Positions 1-9,854 are shown, numbered from the stretch's first letter. The stretch: 64,000 nt of DNA from an uncultured Dehalococcoidia bacterium (GCA_937901475.1 CALGTL010000079.1:4600-68599), one strand, 5' to 3'. Program-made: numbers and translations. The notes: generated by a model from the letters alone, not told the origin.

Positions 1-302
1 GAGAGCCGCGCATACCAACCACGTAGCCTCGATTAGCCGGTCAAGAATCGATGCCCTTACGGGATTTTGTCTGCGTGTACTCATCAACGGAATGATACGG
101 TAGTTTGCTGGGAAAATCGGCAGGTATCAACTCCGCCAAGGCTCTCTTTGAGGAGTATGGACATCCTTGCTACAGGATCCCTGGTCTCGGCTAGCACGAG
201 GGCATACGTGACTGCGTGCCCATGAGGAGAGCAGCCAACGAGGATAAGCGCGCCCTGTCAAAGAAGGCATACCTACCGGAGCGAGGCAGTTCCTTGGCAT
301 GA

Positions 303-321
303 CCGTCGGCCAAGCCGACGG
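303..321 (-). terminator. GC-rich hairpin just downstream of tRNA-Arg (possible terminator or processing signal)
   Basis: ccgtcggc-caa-gccgacgg forms a perfect 8-bp stem with a 3-nt loop. It lies 5 nt beyond the tRNA 3' end on the minus strand. No U-tract follows. Confidence 0.3.
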
Positions 322-326
322 TGGCA

Positions 327-401
327 TGGTGCCCCCGGGGAGACTCGAACTCCCGCCACCGGCTTCGGAGGCCGGTGCTCTATCCACTGAGCTACAGGGG
401 C
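327..401 (-). tRNA. tRNA-Arg, anticodon CCG, 3' CCA encoded
   Basis: The reverse complement folds as a 75-nt cloverleaf. Acceptor stem GCCCCTG/CGGGGGC (one G-U); D arm GCTC-AGTGGATA-GAGC; anticodon arm CCGGC-CTCCGAA-GCCGG with CCG at positions 34-36; T arm GGGAG-TTCGAGT-CTCCC; then ACCA. A TATACT hexamer (rc of 413-418) lies about 11 nt upstream. Confidence 0.9.
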
Positions 402-776
402 GCAGCCCTTGGAGTATAGCGGACATCACCATTGTGAACGGATTACCAGGGGCCTGAGAGATTTCAGGCACCAAGTCATGGTTGCTGCGGGGGATCATAT
501 GTCAGTCATGATAATCTCCGAGTCGATTATATAGAGCATACGAGTGTCGATCTCTCTCCGGGTACACATATGAAATTGTCAATTCACTCTAGCCAACTAT
601 CCCTATGTGAGGCGGATAGCTGAGGGTTCGATTGGTATCGGTAGCCAGCGATTTGACCAACTGAGCCCATTTGCGTGTGCCACTGCGACGGTATCGTGCT
701 TTCGAGTGCTACCCTAAATTGCGCCTTCTTTGCGTTGTTCGGAAAGCAATCTCTCTGCTATGAGTTACTCCCATAA

Positions 777-1793
777 ATGAAATTTAACAACCTGGTATTC
801 AACCGCGACTTGTTGGTAGTGTTCGCCCTCGCAGCGGCCGGATGGGGTCTAAGTGCAGTACTCCTTGAGCGTGACTTTTTCTCGCCTGGTGCCAGCGCGA
901 TTGCTATGTTTGCTGGCATGGGAGTCGCCTTAGCGACGGGAGGGGATTTCATTGGCAGTAGAGCCGTAGTAAAGAGATTGCTGCCATTTGCTATTGTCTT
1001 GCTTGGCTTTGAACTCGATCTCTCTGTGATCGGCGGAGCCGATATAGGAACGATAGGCCTTCTTGCTATCTTGGCGACAGTCACCATGAGTTTCCTCGTT
1101 GCTGCGATTGGTGCCAAGTGGTTGAGCATAGGCGCACCCCTTGGAGCGACGCTAGGGGCCGGAGGAGCAATATGTGGCAACTCGGCAGTGTTGGCGCTCG
1201 CTCCATCGCTGCGCTTGAAACCCGAAGACATAGCGGTCGTGCTCGCTGCTATCAACCTCCTAGGCTTGATAATGTTCTTCGTCGTGGTCGGTATTTCCGA
1301 CGCTTTGCAACTGGATCCTATCGCCGCAGGGCTATGGGCTGGTGCGGCTATCCATGCAGTACCGCAAGCTATCGCTGCCGGTGAGGCTATAGGCCCGGAA
1401 GGAGTAGCGGTTGCCACTGCGGTGAAGCTGTCCAGAGTCAGTCTGCTGGTAATTGTTGTACCGCTATTTGGCATACTCGGCAGACAACTTAGTCGAGACG
1501 ACTCCGTCGACACGGGTGCTACCAACTGGAAGACGGCATTACGACTTCCGTTGTTCGTCCCTGGTTTCGTGGTGGCGGTGATTGTAGGTAATCTATTGCT
1601 TCCTGAAGAAGCCGCTGACGGCCTTGGCTATAGTGGGCGCTTGGCTTTGTTGCCGGTGCTCGCTGCTGTCGGACTCGCCGTTACCCGCACAACGCTTCAA
1701 CAGACAGGCGGGCGAGTGTTCCTCGTCGGTGCTATTAGCACGGCTGCACTAGCGTCCGCGAGCTTAGCGGTCATCATGGCGCTTTACGACTAG
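777..1793 (+). CDS. YeiH/UPF0324 family integral membrane protein (putative sulfate exporter family)
   Basis: 338-aa polytopic ORF. Blocks LLPFAIVLLGFELDLSVI, LGAGGAICGNSAVLALAP and GAAIHAVPQAIAAGEAIGPEG are colinear with E. coli YeiH (LLRLGIILYGFRL, IGAGSSICGAAAVLATEP, GSTVHEVAQVVAAGHAISP). Confidence 0.8.
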   Translation: MKFNNLVFNRDLLVVFALAAAGWGLSAVLLERDFFSPGASAIAMFAGMGVALATGGDFIGSRAVVKRLLPFAIVLLGFELDLSVIGGADIGTIGLLAILATVTMSFLVAAIGAKWLSIGAPLGATLGAGGAICGNSAVLALAPSLRLKPEDIAVVLAAINLLGLIMFFVVVGISDALQLDPIAAGLWAGAAIHAVPQAIAAGEAIGPEGVAVATAVKLSRVSLLVIVVPLFGILGRQLSRDDSVDTGATNWKTALRLPLFVPGFVVAVIVGNLLLPEEAADGLGYSGRLALLPVLAAVGLAVTRTTLQQTGGRVFLVGAISTAALASASLAVIMALYD

Positions 1794-1813
1794 GCTGTAC
1801 GATCAATGCACTG

Positions 1814-3049
1814 TTGCGGCTTGAGGATTTAATATTGTTCGCATCCCTGAAAGCACCTGGATTCCGATTCTTCTTTTTGAATAACATTTTCTCCTCGATC
1901 GACATGAACGTGCGGATTGCCATTCATGGCTGGTTGATCCTTGATCTTTCCGGGGATTCGCCGTTCTGGGTAGGCATATTCGCGTTCGTACTTGGCCTTG
2001 GTCAGCTTTCCTTCTCCTTCATAGCAGGTGCCATCGTCGACCGCTTCCAGCGTCGCAATATCTTGCTTGTAGAAGGCATTATTAGCACCTCTATTGCTGG
2101 TGGGCTCGCGCTCGCGACCTACTACGATGTTGCTGAACTTTGGTGGGCTATAGCTATAGCCTTCGTTACTGGCTGCCAGCGAGCTGTGCGCTTCACTGCT
2201 GCGAACCGGATGGTGTACGACCTAGTGGGTCCCCATCGGCTTATCAACGGAGTGTCGCTATGGCGGGTCTCGGCGTCCCCCATGATGATCTTCGGCTCGC
2301 TGTTCATCGGCGTGATCATCGACTGGGTGGGCATTTGGGGGGCATTCGCATTCATGGCGGCGAGCCTGGGTGTCGGATTGCCATTCCTGCTCATGATTCA
2401 AATTCACGGCAGCATTGACTCTTCATCCACTAGCCTGTTCCGGCAGACACTGGAAGGGGCTCAACTCGCAGTCCGAAACCCATCTCTCCGGATTCTTTTC
2501 TCAGTATCTGTTGTGATGGAAACCCTGGGATTCTCATTCCTAGTCATGATTCCGGTGATGGCTAAAACTGTATTGGAAACAGGCGGCACTGGATTGGGCG
2601 TCTTGCAAGCCGGTGTTGGAGCAGGGATGCTCGGCGCCACGCTGCTCATGGCCGCGTGGGGAGACTCGGTCCCCAAGGCAAAAATCATTATTGTGTGTGC
2701 CGCCGGTGCTGGCGTCGCGCTCATAGCCTTCGCCGTGTCTCGCTCGCTCCCCATATCCGTGATTCTGGCTGGTGCCGTCATGGGCTTTTTGAATGCCTAC
2801 GACCTCGCCCTTGGCGCTATGATGCAGTTGGTCTCGCCCGCTCATCTTCGAGGACGCTCTATAAGCCTGCACAGCCTAGCGATCTCCTTTACCGCATTGG
2901 GAGGGTTCGCCATAGGTGCTCTGGGCGGCATAGTTGGAGTGCCACTGGTAATGGCCGTGAGTGGAGGCGGCATTATTGCCAACGCTGCCCTCCGGAGACG
3001 TGCGGTGCTTGGCCTTCTGGAACACCCTGTCGACTCACGCTCTGAGTAG
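1814..3049 (+). CDS. MFS transporter (MFS_3 / enterobactin-exporter-like subfamily)
   Basis: 411-aa ORF with about 12 hydrophobic segments. It has a DRFQRR loop after TM2. TTG start lies 20 nt after the upstream stop. Confidence 0.8.
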   Translation: MRLEDLILFASLKAPGFRFFFLNNIFSSIDMNVRIAIHGWLILDLSGDSPFWVGIFAFVLGLGQLSFSFIAGAIVDRFQRRNILLVEGIISTSIAGGLALATYYDVAELWWAIAIAFVTGCQRAVRFTAANRMVYDLVGPHRLINGVSLWRVSASPMMIFGSLFIGVIIDWVGIWGAFAFMAASLGVGLPFLLMIQIHGSIDSSSTSLFRQTLEGAQLAVRNPSLRILFSVSVVMETLGFSFLVMIPVMAKTVLETGGTGLGVLQAGVGAGMLGATLLMAAWGDSVPKAKIIIVCAAGAGVALIAFAVSRSLPISVILAGAVMGFLNAYDLALGAMMQLVSPAHLRGRSISLHSLAISFTALGGFAIGALGGIVGVPLVMAVSGGGIIANAALRRRAVLGLLEHPVDSRSE

Positions 3050-3087
3050 CGCTGCCCCCCTGTTGCTACCCGCCCGGTAATTGAGAG

Positions 3088-3888
3088 TTATTTGCCAGTA
3101 ATGTCGATCCAGATGCCGTCAGGGTCAGCCATCTGGTATTGACCGGTAGCGCTGGCTTCAAAAAGGCTTAGCCGGACATCAGACTCAAGGCTGCCGCCTA
3201 GCGGAGTTGGCGCCAGGTAAGGATTGGCTCCAGCTAGCTTGGCGACATCCGCCTTAAACTCCTTCATGTCCTCGACTTTGAAGCCGATATGCTCAGGTCC
3301 AGGCCGCTTGATGGCCATGCCGTCGAACACCGCCATGCTCCACGGCAAGATCGCTAAAGTCACACGACCGTCCGTCAGGTGATGACTTCCGGGGGCTCCG
3401 CTTTCTGGCGCTGGTGCGAACCCGAAAACCTCCGCATAAAACTCCGCGATACGCTCGGGGTTCATAGTGCGAATCGCATACTTATTGATTGTGCGTGGCT
3501 GCTCCCACGTGCCCTTCGCATAGATCTCCTTTCGACTCTTGTCCTGATCTTCTGCTAGGTCGAAATGATTACCGTCCGGATCGTTCGCGGAGAATGCTGC
3601 GAAGGGGCGAGTGGATGGGCGCTTGACCATATTTGAGCCCGTGAACTTCTTCATGCGAACCTCGATCTGTCCTAGGTCGCTTACCAGCATGCCGCAGTGA
3701 TCAAGACCTCCTATGTAACCGTCGCGCCGCACTAGAAATTGAATGCCTATATTCCCATCGCCGTATGATGGCGATGCGTATGGGGGAGAGTCACCTGCTG
3801 GCTTCATGCCGAACAACGATTCATAGAACTTACTCAGCATCCCGTATTGATGACTGATGATCGCGATATGATTGATACGCACGCTCAT
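3088..3888 (-). CDS. Two-domain VOC (glyoxalase/bleomycin-resistance/extradiol dioxygenase) family protein
   Basis: 266 aa with two repeats of the VOC beta-alpha-beta3 pattern (INHIAIIS...FYESLFGM...DHCGMLV and YAIRTMNP...FYAEVFGF...EHIGFKVED). It is the last gene of a co-directional MFS, KPR-like, VOC string. Confidence 0.7.
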   Translation of the reverse strand: MSVRINHIAIISHQYGMLSKFYESLFGMKPAGDSPPYASPSYGDGNIGIQFLVRRDGYIGGLDHCGMLVSDLGQIEVRMKKFTGSNMVKRPSTRPFAAFSANDPDGNHFDLAEDQDKSRKEIYAKGTWEQPRTINKYAIRTMNPERIAEFYAEVFGFAPAPESGAPGSHHLTDGRVTLAILPWSMAVFDGMAIKRPGPEHIGFKVEDMKEFKADVAKLAGANPYLAPTPLGGSLESDVRLSLFEASATGQYQMADPDGIWIDITGK

Positions 3889-3917
3889 CGATATTGCCCC
3901 CTCTTGCCCTCTCGATG

Positions 3918-4967
3918 CTACCGGCGAACCTCGGCCAAAATCATGTCGGCGACAGCACCACTTGGTGTGATCGACCCATCCTCGACTAGATGCATGATCT
4001 TCACAATCGCATCCGTGTAAGGTGTAGGTACGCGCACCTCCTGGCCCTTGCGCGCGACCAAACCATTCATGAAGTCAATCTCGGAGCGCCGTCCCTTCGC
4101 CACATCTTGCGCCATCGAGGCCTTCCAGTTCGTGCGTGACGGCCGGTTGGCCATGAAGTCGTCCAACTCCTCGTAAACGTCGCCTTGGTCCGCCGCTGCC
4201 CATGTTGCAGCGGGCTTGGAGTTGATCTCGACAACGTCGAGCCCGAGAGCTAACCCCACCTGGGCGCTCTCCTTAGCCAAATGTATCCCGATGACTCGGG
4301 CAGCCTCGCTATTGTTCAACTCTAGCGTCCCCATCGCGGTCGATGCTGATATGGCGTTGCCCATCGAGTTCTGCGAGAGTTTCGCCCAGCGCTCGCCCCA
4401 CAGATTGTTGGTAACGTATGCGCCGTCAATGAGATCCAGCAGGCCGACAACCTCAGCGACCCGCGAGGTTTCAGTGCCGTCCTGCTCACCCACTCGGAAC
4501 ACATAGTGACCTGAGTCGCGCCCAACGGCCCCGCCCCGCTCAACGCTTCCTGGCTCCCACAGTGCCACCTCGATGTGGGACGCGATACATCCTACAGACC
4601 GCTCTGGGCCCACGATATCTGCGATTACCGTATCGTTCCAGCAATTTTGAAGCGACACGAAAAACCCCTCTGGTTTTACATAGCGCTTCATGAAATGAGT
4701 TGCCCATTCAGTGTCGTAAGACTTCACGGAGATGAAGGCAAAATCGAACTGCTCAGTGATGGCCTGAGCGTCGGTTAGGTGAAGCGCATTCACGGGCACG
4801 GTGAATGGCCCCTGGCTGCCAGTGACGTGTAGACCTCTCGATTTCATCACTTCAACGTGCTCGGGCCACATATCGATGAACGTGACCTGTTGGCCGCCCC
4901 TCGCCAAGAATGCCCCAACGTAACTACCAAGTGCTCCGGCACCCATTATTGCGATATTGCTGCCCAC
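3918..4967 (-). CDS. 2-dehydropantoate 2-reductase (PanE/ApbA, KPR) family oxidoreductase
   Basis: N-terminal Rossmann motif IAIMGAGALGSYVGAFLA. Also WAKLSQNSMGNA (KPR Lys motif, compare E. coli WRKLAVNCVIN) and ASMAQDVAKGRRSEIDFMNG (compare [20 protein letters not shown]). GTG start with GGAGG 5 nt upstream, overlapping the stop of the upstream MFS gene. Confidence 0.8.
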   Translation of the reverse strand: MGSNIAIMGAGALGSYVGAFLARGGQQVTFIDMWPEHVEVMKSRGLHVTGSQGPFTVPVNALHLTDAQAITEQFDFAFISVKSYDTEWATHFMKRYVKPEGFFVSLQNCWNDTVIADIVGPERSVGCIASHIEVALWEPGSVERGGAVGRDSGHYVFRVGEQDGTETSRVAEVVGLLDLIDGAYVTNNLWGERWAKLSQNSMGNAISASTAMGTLELNNSEAARVIGIHLAKESAQVGLALGLDVVEINSKPAATWAAADQGDVYEELDDFMANRPSRTNWKASMAQDVAKGRRSEIDFMNGLVARKGQEVRVPTPYTDAIVKIMHLVEDGSITPSGAVADMILAEVRR

Positions 4968-4975
4968 AGGGCCTC

Positions 4976-6343
4976 CTATGCTGCTGAATCGGGACCCACC
5001 ATATATGAACTATTGCTGGAAGTGCTAGGAACCCTAGGGAGAGTCGGTGGTTTTGCTATCCAGAACAAGCCTATCGCTGCCGCCGCTATGGCGGAGGCAA
5101 ACACGAACGCAATATTGTAGTTTCCCGTCACATCGAACAACACCGCTACCGAGAGTGGTGCTACCAGCCTCGACGCTGTGAGAAGAGGTCGAAGCGTGCC
5201 CTGGATGCTTCCCTGAAAACTACGACCGTAGTAGTCCGACCAAGCTATCGGTTGCAATAGACCGAATGCTCCTCCGAACAAACCCCAGCCAATCACGAAG
5301 GTGCCCACGTTGTATGGGTAAGGCACCACCACTAGCGATAGAGTTCCCAGCGCCCGGAATGCTGCCATTACGGATAGACACGACCTCACCGGAAATCGCT
5401 CAACAAGGAACCCCCACAAGAATCGAGCCATCGCGCTGCCCAATAAACTTGCGCTTAGTACGTAGCTTGCTCCCTGGATAGACATGCCTTCGTTGACGAA
5501 GAAAATGATTTGATGGTATGACACTGCCGCAGTTGCGAACCCTATCAAATTGGACGCCACGACCATCAACCATAGCGAGCGGGTCCGTGATGCTGTCTTC
5601 AATGTCCAGCTTTGCTCCGTCGCGTACGACCGTCTAACGGCACCCCCAGAGCCATTTATCAAGGCTTCTGGCGAATCACCATCTGGCAGGAGCCCCATGT
5701 CTTCGGGCACACGACGCATTAGGATGAGCACCAGCGGTAGGTTGAGTAAGAGGATTGCGCCCGCTAGGAGCGCCCATGTATCGCGCCAACCTACCCACGC
5801 GATGACTGACCCCATCACTGGAGCCATAATCATCCCGCCAACCATATTCCCTGAGGTCGCGATGGCGAGTGCACGACCGCGCATGCGTACGAACCACTTG
5901 GTGATAACAACAGGAGTCGATAGACGACCCAGCTCGCCCATGCCCAGCGCACCGACTGCCCCGAACAGTAACCAGTACTGCCAGACCTCCTGCACCCGGG
6001 CTAGTAACAGTAGCGAAACCCCTGCAGTCACCGCCCCTCCTGCAAGCACTGGGCGAGCACCGTAACGGTCCAGCAATGGCCCCACAATCGGTGCGGCGAA
6101 CATACCCGCGACTCCAGCGGCGGTAACAGCCCCTGTCATCTGCGTTAGCGACCAGCCAAGTTCCTTCATCATCGGCGGGAAGAAGAGGGTGATGATGCTA
6201 CCAGTGGTGCTGTACGTCACAAATTCGACTACGAAAAATACCGATACGATGACCCATCCATAGTAGAACCGACGGCGTCCGCGGCGCGGTTGATTTAGTG
6301 GGTGGGACGATTTAGTGAATGGGCTGGGTGATGGATCGTTCAT
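4976..6343 (-). CDS. MFS transporter (OFA-like subfamily; paralogue of 33554-34879)
   Basis: 455 aa, 12 predicted TM segments. It has a central loop PEDMGLLPDGD and an N-terminal RRFYYGWVIV, both shared with the MFS at 33554-34879. Confidence 0.85.
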   Translation of the reverse strand: MNDPSPSPFTKSSHPLNQPRRGRRRFYYGWVIVSVFFVVEFVTYSTTGSIITLFFPPMMKELGWSLTQMTGAVTAAGVAGMFAAPIVGPLLDRYGARPVLAGGAVTAGVSLLLLARVQEVWQYWLLFGAVGALGMGELGRLSTPVVITKWFVRMRGRALAIATSGNMVGGMIMAPVMGSVIAWVGWRDTWALLAGAILLLNLPLVLILMRRVPEDMGLLPDGDSPEALINGSGGAVRRSYATEQSWTLKTASRTRSLWLMVVASNLIGFATAAVSYHQIIFFVNEGMSIQGASYVLSASLLGSAMARFLWGFLVERFPVRSCLSVMAAFRALGTLSLVVVPYPYNVGTFVIGWGLFGGAFGLLQPIAWSDYYGRSFQGSIQGTLRPLLTASRLVAPLSVAVLFDVTGNYNIAFVFASAIAAAAIGLFWIAKPPTLPRVPSTSSNSSYMVGPDSAA

Positions 6344-6689
6344 ATCTAGCGACAGCTTACGCGCATGGGATCTCCGTGTTGCTAGTATTTCCCCAGTACA
6401 GAGTCACGGTCACGGAATCGGAGTAGGCAAGCTCTTGGGGTAAATAGCGAAAGATTCGAATCGATAGCAATGATAAGTGCTGCTACGTATCTATTCTCCA
6501 GGAGATATTCTCTTGATCGCCACGCCTTCACTCACCAATAAGCAGGCAGCTACCGAAAGTACGCGGCTACTGACGGCAGGGCTCGTATTCTCCATATATT
6601 AATTTTTTATCTCTGTCCCTCGTCGGCTACGAGCAACTAATGGGGGGCGCATCTATACTGCGCGCTAAAACCACCCAAGGGGTGACAAC

Positions 6690-7457
6690 GTGGCTCGACT
6701 CACTGTTCAAGATCTACAACAGATGAAACGTGACGGAAAGAAGATTGCAGCTGGTGTGGCCTACGAGGCGCAGATGGCCCGAATGTTTGAGCGAGCAGGG
6801 GTGCACTTGCTTTCGGTTGGTGACAGCCTCTCGCGGGTTTTCCTTGGTTACACCAACCCGCTGGATTACAAAGTGGAGGAGATGCTCACTTTTGGTGGTG
6901 CCGTGGCTCGGGTCGCAGAGCATGCTGTCATTAGTATTGATGTTCCTGACTCAGTCCTTCTCGGTGGCCCCCACGAAATGGAGCGCGTGACGCGACTTAT
7001 CAAAGAAACCATACCCAACGCAGACATGATCAAAGTCGACATCCGCGAGCGCGAAGACGAGTTGATTGACGAGGTGGAGGCGGTTATCTCCGCTGGCCTT
7101 CACGCATACCCCCAGATCGGATTCGAGTACGTCGCTGGTGGCAACATGCACGACACACTAGCGGACATGGAAAAAACGCTCAAGTGGGCTGACGAAGTAG
7201 TGAAGCGTGGAGCCTCCATGATTGATCTAACGATGGTCTCTAAGGACATCTACGCCGCGGTCTGCCAAGCCGTGGAAGTCCCCGTGATAGGCGGGCAATC
7301 CGGCTCAGAGTCCGACGGTAAGATATACGTTGGGTACGCCATCACGGGCTATCAGGCATCAATACTAGATAACGATTCTTCACCCGATGCCGTCGTGCGC
7401 TCCATGTACCCCGTCATCGAGAAAGCAGTCAAAGCTGTCCATCAAAACAACTGGTAA
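6690..7457 (+). CDS. PanB (3-methyl-2-oxobutanoate hydroxymethyltransferase)-like protein, divergent
   Basis: 255 aa with a GTG start. Colinear with E. coli PanB over LTVQDLQQMK..KIAAGVAYEA..MFERAGVHLLSVGDSLS...SIDVPD...VPVIGGQSGSESDGKIYV. The positions matching KIEGG and LECVP read KVDIRE and DLTMVS. Confidence 0.6.
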   Translation: MARLTVQDLQQMKRDGKKIAAGVAYEAQMARMFERAGVHLLSVGDSLSRVFLGYTNPLDYKVEEMLTFGGAVARVAEHAVISIDVPDSVLLGGPHEMERVTRLIKETIPNADMIKVDIREREDELIDEVEAVISAGLHAYPQIGFEYVAGGNMHDTLADMEKTLKWADEVVKRGASMIDLTMVSKDIYAAVCQAVEVPVIGGQSGSESDGKIYVGYAITGYQASILDNDSSPDAVVRSMYPVIEKAVKAVHQNNW

Positions 7458-7591
7458 GACTCCCCTTCACCAACAGGTAGTGGGCGCCACCGACATCTTC
7501 GGCTCGCCAAACAGATAGAGATTGATACTGACAGAAATTGAGGGTCAGCCTCTCCATTAGTTGAACGGCCGTTGCCCGGGCTCCCTCCTAG

Positions 7592-8434
7592 TCAGCGTGG
7601 CGTGCCACCTCTCAAAGTAATCCTGTGCATCTCGCGCAGGTAGCCGTGGTAGTCGTTCACAGGGTTATGCATGGTGCAGCGGTTGTCCCAGATAGCCATA
7701 GACCCAACCTTCCAAGTGAAGCGGCAGGTGAATTCCGGGCGCACTGAGTGCTGGTATAGGTAGTGGAGAATTGGCGCGCTTTCCTCCTCGGTCATGCTGG
7801 AGAACCTTACCGTATGCGCGATGTTCAGGTAGAGTGCTTTGCGCCCAGTCTCAGGGTGCGTTCTCACTACCGGATGCTCGCCGACGAGCTCTGTGTCGCT
7901 ATTTGGTCGCCCAGCTTCACTCACCCGATCCTCTCGAGTTCGAGCGGCGTCTGCCTTCTGTGAGCTACTGATTCCAACCAGCCCCGCGAGCAAGTTTTTC
8001 ATGCCACTGGACAGCGCATCGTAAGCCGCGTACATGTTCGCGAACAGCGTATCCCCTCCCACCGGAGGCACTGACCGCGCGAGCAGCAGAGTGGCCATTG
8101 GTGGTTCTTTCAGGTACGTAGTGTCCGAGTGCCACACGCCGCCAAAATTCATCGTTTCGTCTTTGCGCTTCACCACCGGAGTAATCATGGGATACCCCGG
8201 CAAGCCTGGTAGCAACGGATACTCGCGTGGCTCGCCTAATTCCTGCGCGAAAGCCAGGAACTGACCGGAGGTCAATTCCTGGTCCCGTATGAACACGACG
8301 TTGTAGTCCAGCAATGCTTGCCTGATTTCCCCAACAGTTTGCTGCGTGAGCCCGTTGGCTAAATCTGCACCGCTAATCTCTGCGCCTATGAGCCCACTCA
8401 ATGGGCGTGCTGTTATGCCTTGGTAGTTGACCAT
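7592..8434 (-). CDS. TauD/TfdA family Fe(II)/2-oxoglutarate-dependent dioxygenase
   Basis: Start moved to the internal ATG at 8434 (MVNYQGITARPLSGLIGAEISGADL aligns with the E. coli TauD N-terminus). It has the WHSDTTY His-x-Asp motif and a C-terminal WDNRCTMH. The longer ORF form would overlap the divergent bicupin gene. Confidence 0.85.
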   Translation of the reverse strand: MVNYQGITARPLSGLIGAEISGADLANGLTQQTVGEIRQALLDYNVVFIRDQELTSGQFLAFAQELGEPREYPLLPGLPGYPMITPVVKRKDETMNFGGVWHSDTTYLKEPPMATLLLARSVPPVGGDTLFANMYAAYDALSSGMKNLLAGLVGISSSQKADAARTREDRVSEAGRPNSDTELVGEHPVVRTHPETGRKALYLNIAHTVRFSSMTEEESAPILHYLYQHSVRPEFTCRFTWKVGSMAIWDNRCTMHNPVNDYHGYLREMHRITLRGGTPR

Positions 8435-8582
8435 CGTGCCCAAACATACCAGGGTTTTCGAATCCGTGCATACCTGGCCCGAGGCTGGACTTGCCAATTG
8501 GCGAAGAAATAGGTAATTTCCTGAGTGTAACTTCGCGCCCTTGCTGATCCTGCACGGAGTACACGCCCGAAAGGAGATCCAT

Positions 8583-9854
8583 ATGACAACGGAACCAGAA
8601 TACATAGAGCCAGAAGGCATGGGACGTGCCGGTTGGCATAAAGAGGGAGAGGGCGAAGGCCAGGCCCGGAGCTACTATCGCCGACTAGCTACCCCTTGGG
8701 AGTCATTCCTCAAAACGGAAGGCCTCCCTATTTTCCGTGGCGTTGGAATCAAGGATAGTCGCACCTTACCACGAGCAGATTGGCCTCGTGTTGGAGGTAA
8801 AGGAACCTACATCCAAGTGACTGGCACGGAGAACAAGACGGGCATGTTTGTCGTGGAAGTCCCTGCGCGCGGCGCGTTGCACCCTCAACGCCAGATGTAC
8901 GAAGAGCGCTACGTGGTCATGGAGGGCCGTGGCAGCGTCGAGGTTTGGAAGAATGACGACACCGTCCGAACCGCTTTCGAGTACGGCCCTTGGAGCTTGT
9001 TCTCTATCCCGATGAACGCCAACTTCCGGATTATCAACTCGGCTTCGACCCCTGCATTGATGATTGCAGTCAACACAGCTCCGCGCACGATTAATGCATT
9101 CGATAACATGGAGTTCGTGTTCAACAGCCAGTTCAACTTCGAAGACCGCTGGGGCGGAAATTTGGAGGAATACTGGGACAACAACGAAAAAGTCGTCCCC
9201 CAACCTGTTCGGGGTCGCGCGATGGTCACCTCCAATTTCATCCCCGATATCGCAAATTCCTACCTTCCATTAGACAACAACCGTGGCCCAGGGTTCCGCT
9301 GGGTTGCACCGGACCAAGTTGGCAACCGGATGATTCAAGGTTGGGTAGCCGAGTACCCAAGCGGTCGGTACGCCAAGGCCCACTTCCACGCATCAGGTGC
9401 GGTACTTGTTGGTCTGAAGGGCAACGGATACTCAATCACATGGCCGCGCGACGAAGGAGGAGTCACTCCCTGGAAAGATGGCAAGGGGGATCTCGTGAAA
9501 TTCCAGGAGTACGGTCCTGGTGGCCTCATCAGCGCGGCACCAGGACCCGCAAACTGGTTCCACCAGCACTTCGCGATTAGCAAGGGACCGTTCCGGGTAT
9601 TCAATTACACCGGATCGATGCCCGGCAACCCGGAGTCGCAGCGCTTGCGTGAGCTCGACGATGCAGAGGAAGGTGCGATGGTCAAGCAGCACGCGGACAT
9701 CAGCGATGGTGGCAACGCGATTCCATACCACATGGAAGACCCACACGTTCGTAAGATGTTTGAAGAATCGCTCCGAGAAGTCGGCGGCCAGACCACTATG
9801 CCGGAAGAGGTATACACCGCCGCTGGCGCAAGTATCCAGGTTATGACTGACTAG
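8583..9854 (+). CDS. Bicupin protein, paralogue 1 (most divergent of four)
   Basis: Start at ATG 8583, 6 nt after AAGGAG (8571-8576). N-terminal cupin block FEYGPWSLFSIP; C-terminal blocks GRYAKAHFHASGAVL and NWFHQHFA. Alignable end to end with the ORFs at 21485, 23819 and 35014. Confidence 0.7.
   Translation: MTTEPEYIEPEGMGRAGWHKEGEGEGQARSYYRRLATPWESFLKTEGLPIFRGVGIKDSRTLPRADWPRVGGKGTYIQVTGTENKTGMFVVEVPARGALHPQRQMYEERYVVMEGRGSVEVWKNDDTVRTAFEYGPWSLFSIPMNANFRIINSASTPALMIAVNTAPRTINAFDNMEFVFNSQFNFEDRWGGNLEEYWDNNEKVVPQPVRGRAMVTSNFIPDIANSYLPLDNNRGPGFRWVAPDQVGNRMIQGWVAEYPSGRYAKAHFHASGAVLVGLKGNGYSITWPRDEGGVTPWKDGKGDLVKFQEYGPGGLISAAPGPANWFHQHFAISKGPFRVFNYTGSMPGNPESQRLRELDDAEEGAMVKQHADISDGGNAIPYHMEDPHVRKMFEESLREVGGQTTMPEEVYTAAGASIQVMTD

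Noticed and set aside
1-84. Possible 5' end of a minus-strand gene leaving the window (MSTRRQNPVRASILDRLIEATWLVCAAL, vaguely TetR-like)
   Set aside because: Only 28 codons are visible and there is no SD. The similarity is too weak to call a feature.
127-498. 123-aa minus-strand ORF
   Set aside because: It runs straight through the tRNA-Arg gene (327-401) on the same strand. It has no family signal and Pro/Ser/Gly-rich composition, so it is spurious.
303-776. tRNA-Arg as an integration hotspot marking a genomic island
   Set aside because: No integrase or recombinase gene is present. I saw no repeat of the tRNA 3' half elsewhere in the window. Core genes are interleaved with the accessory-looking genes.
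758-1525. 255-aa minus-strand ORF antisense to the YeiH-family gene
   Set aside because: This is an Ala/Ser/Pro/Thr-rich shadow ORF on the strand opposite a gene with clear family similarity. Similar long antisense ORFs inside gltB, the MFS genes, the helicase and the Mo subunit were rejected for the same reason.
7592-8620. Long N-terminal extensions in the ORF track that make divergent genes overlap. Affected ORFs: 7592-8620, 8541-9854, 23819-25189, 30070-31146, 32755-33582, 42949-45240, 47401-48366, 48343-49401, 53901-54680, 54699-56381, 56354-57133, 57149-58918, 58864-60339, 60671-61846, 61557-62489 and 62787-63959.
   Set aside because: In each case an internal ATG or GTG is preceded by a GGAGG-like SD and yields the family-typical N-terminus and length. 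The extensions are compositionally odd (Arg/Ser/Cys/Pro-rich). The apparent overlapping genes are an artefact of taking the longest ORF.
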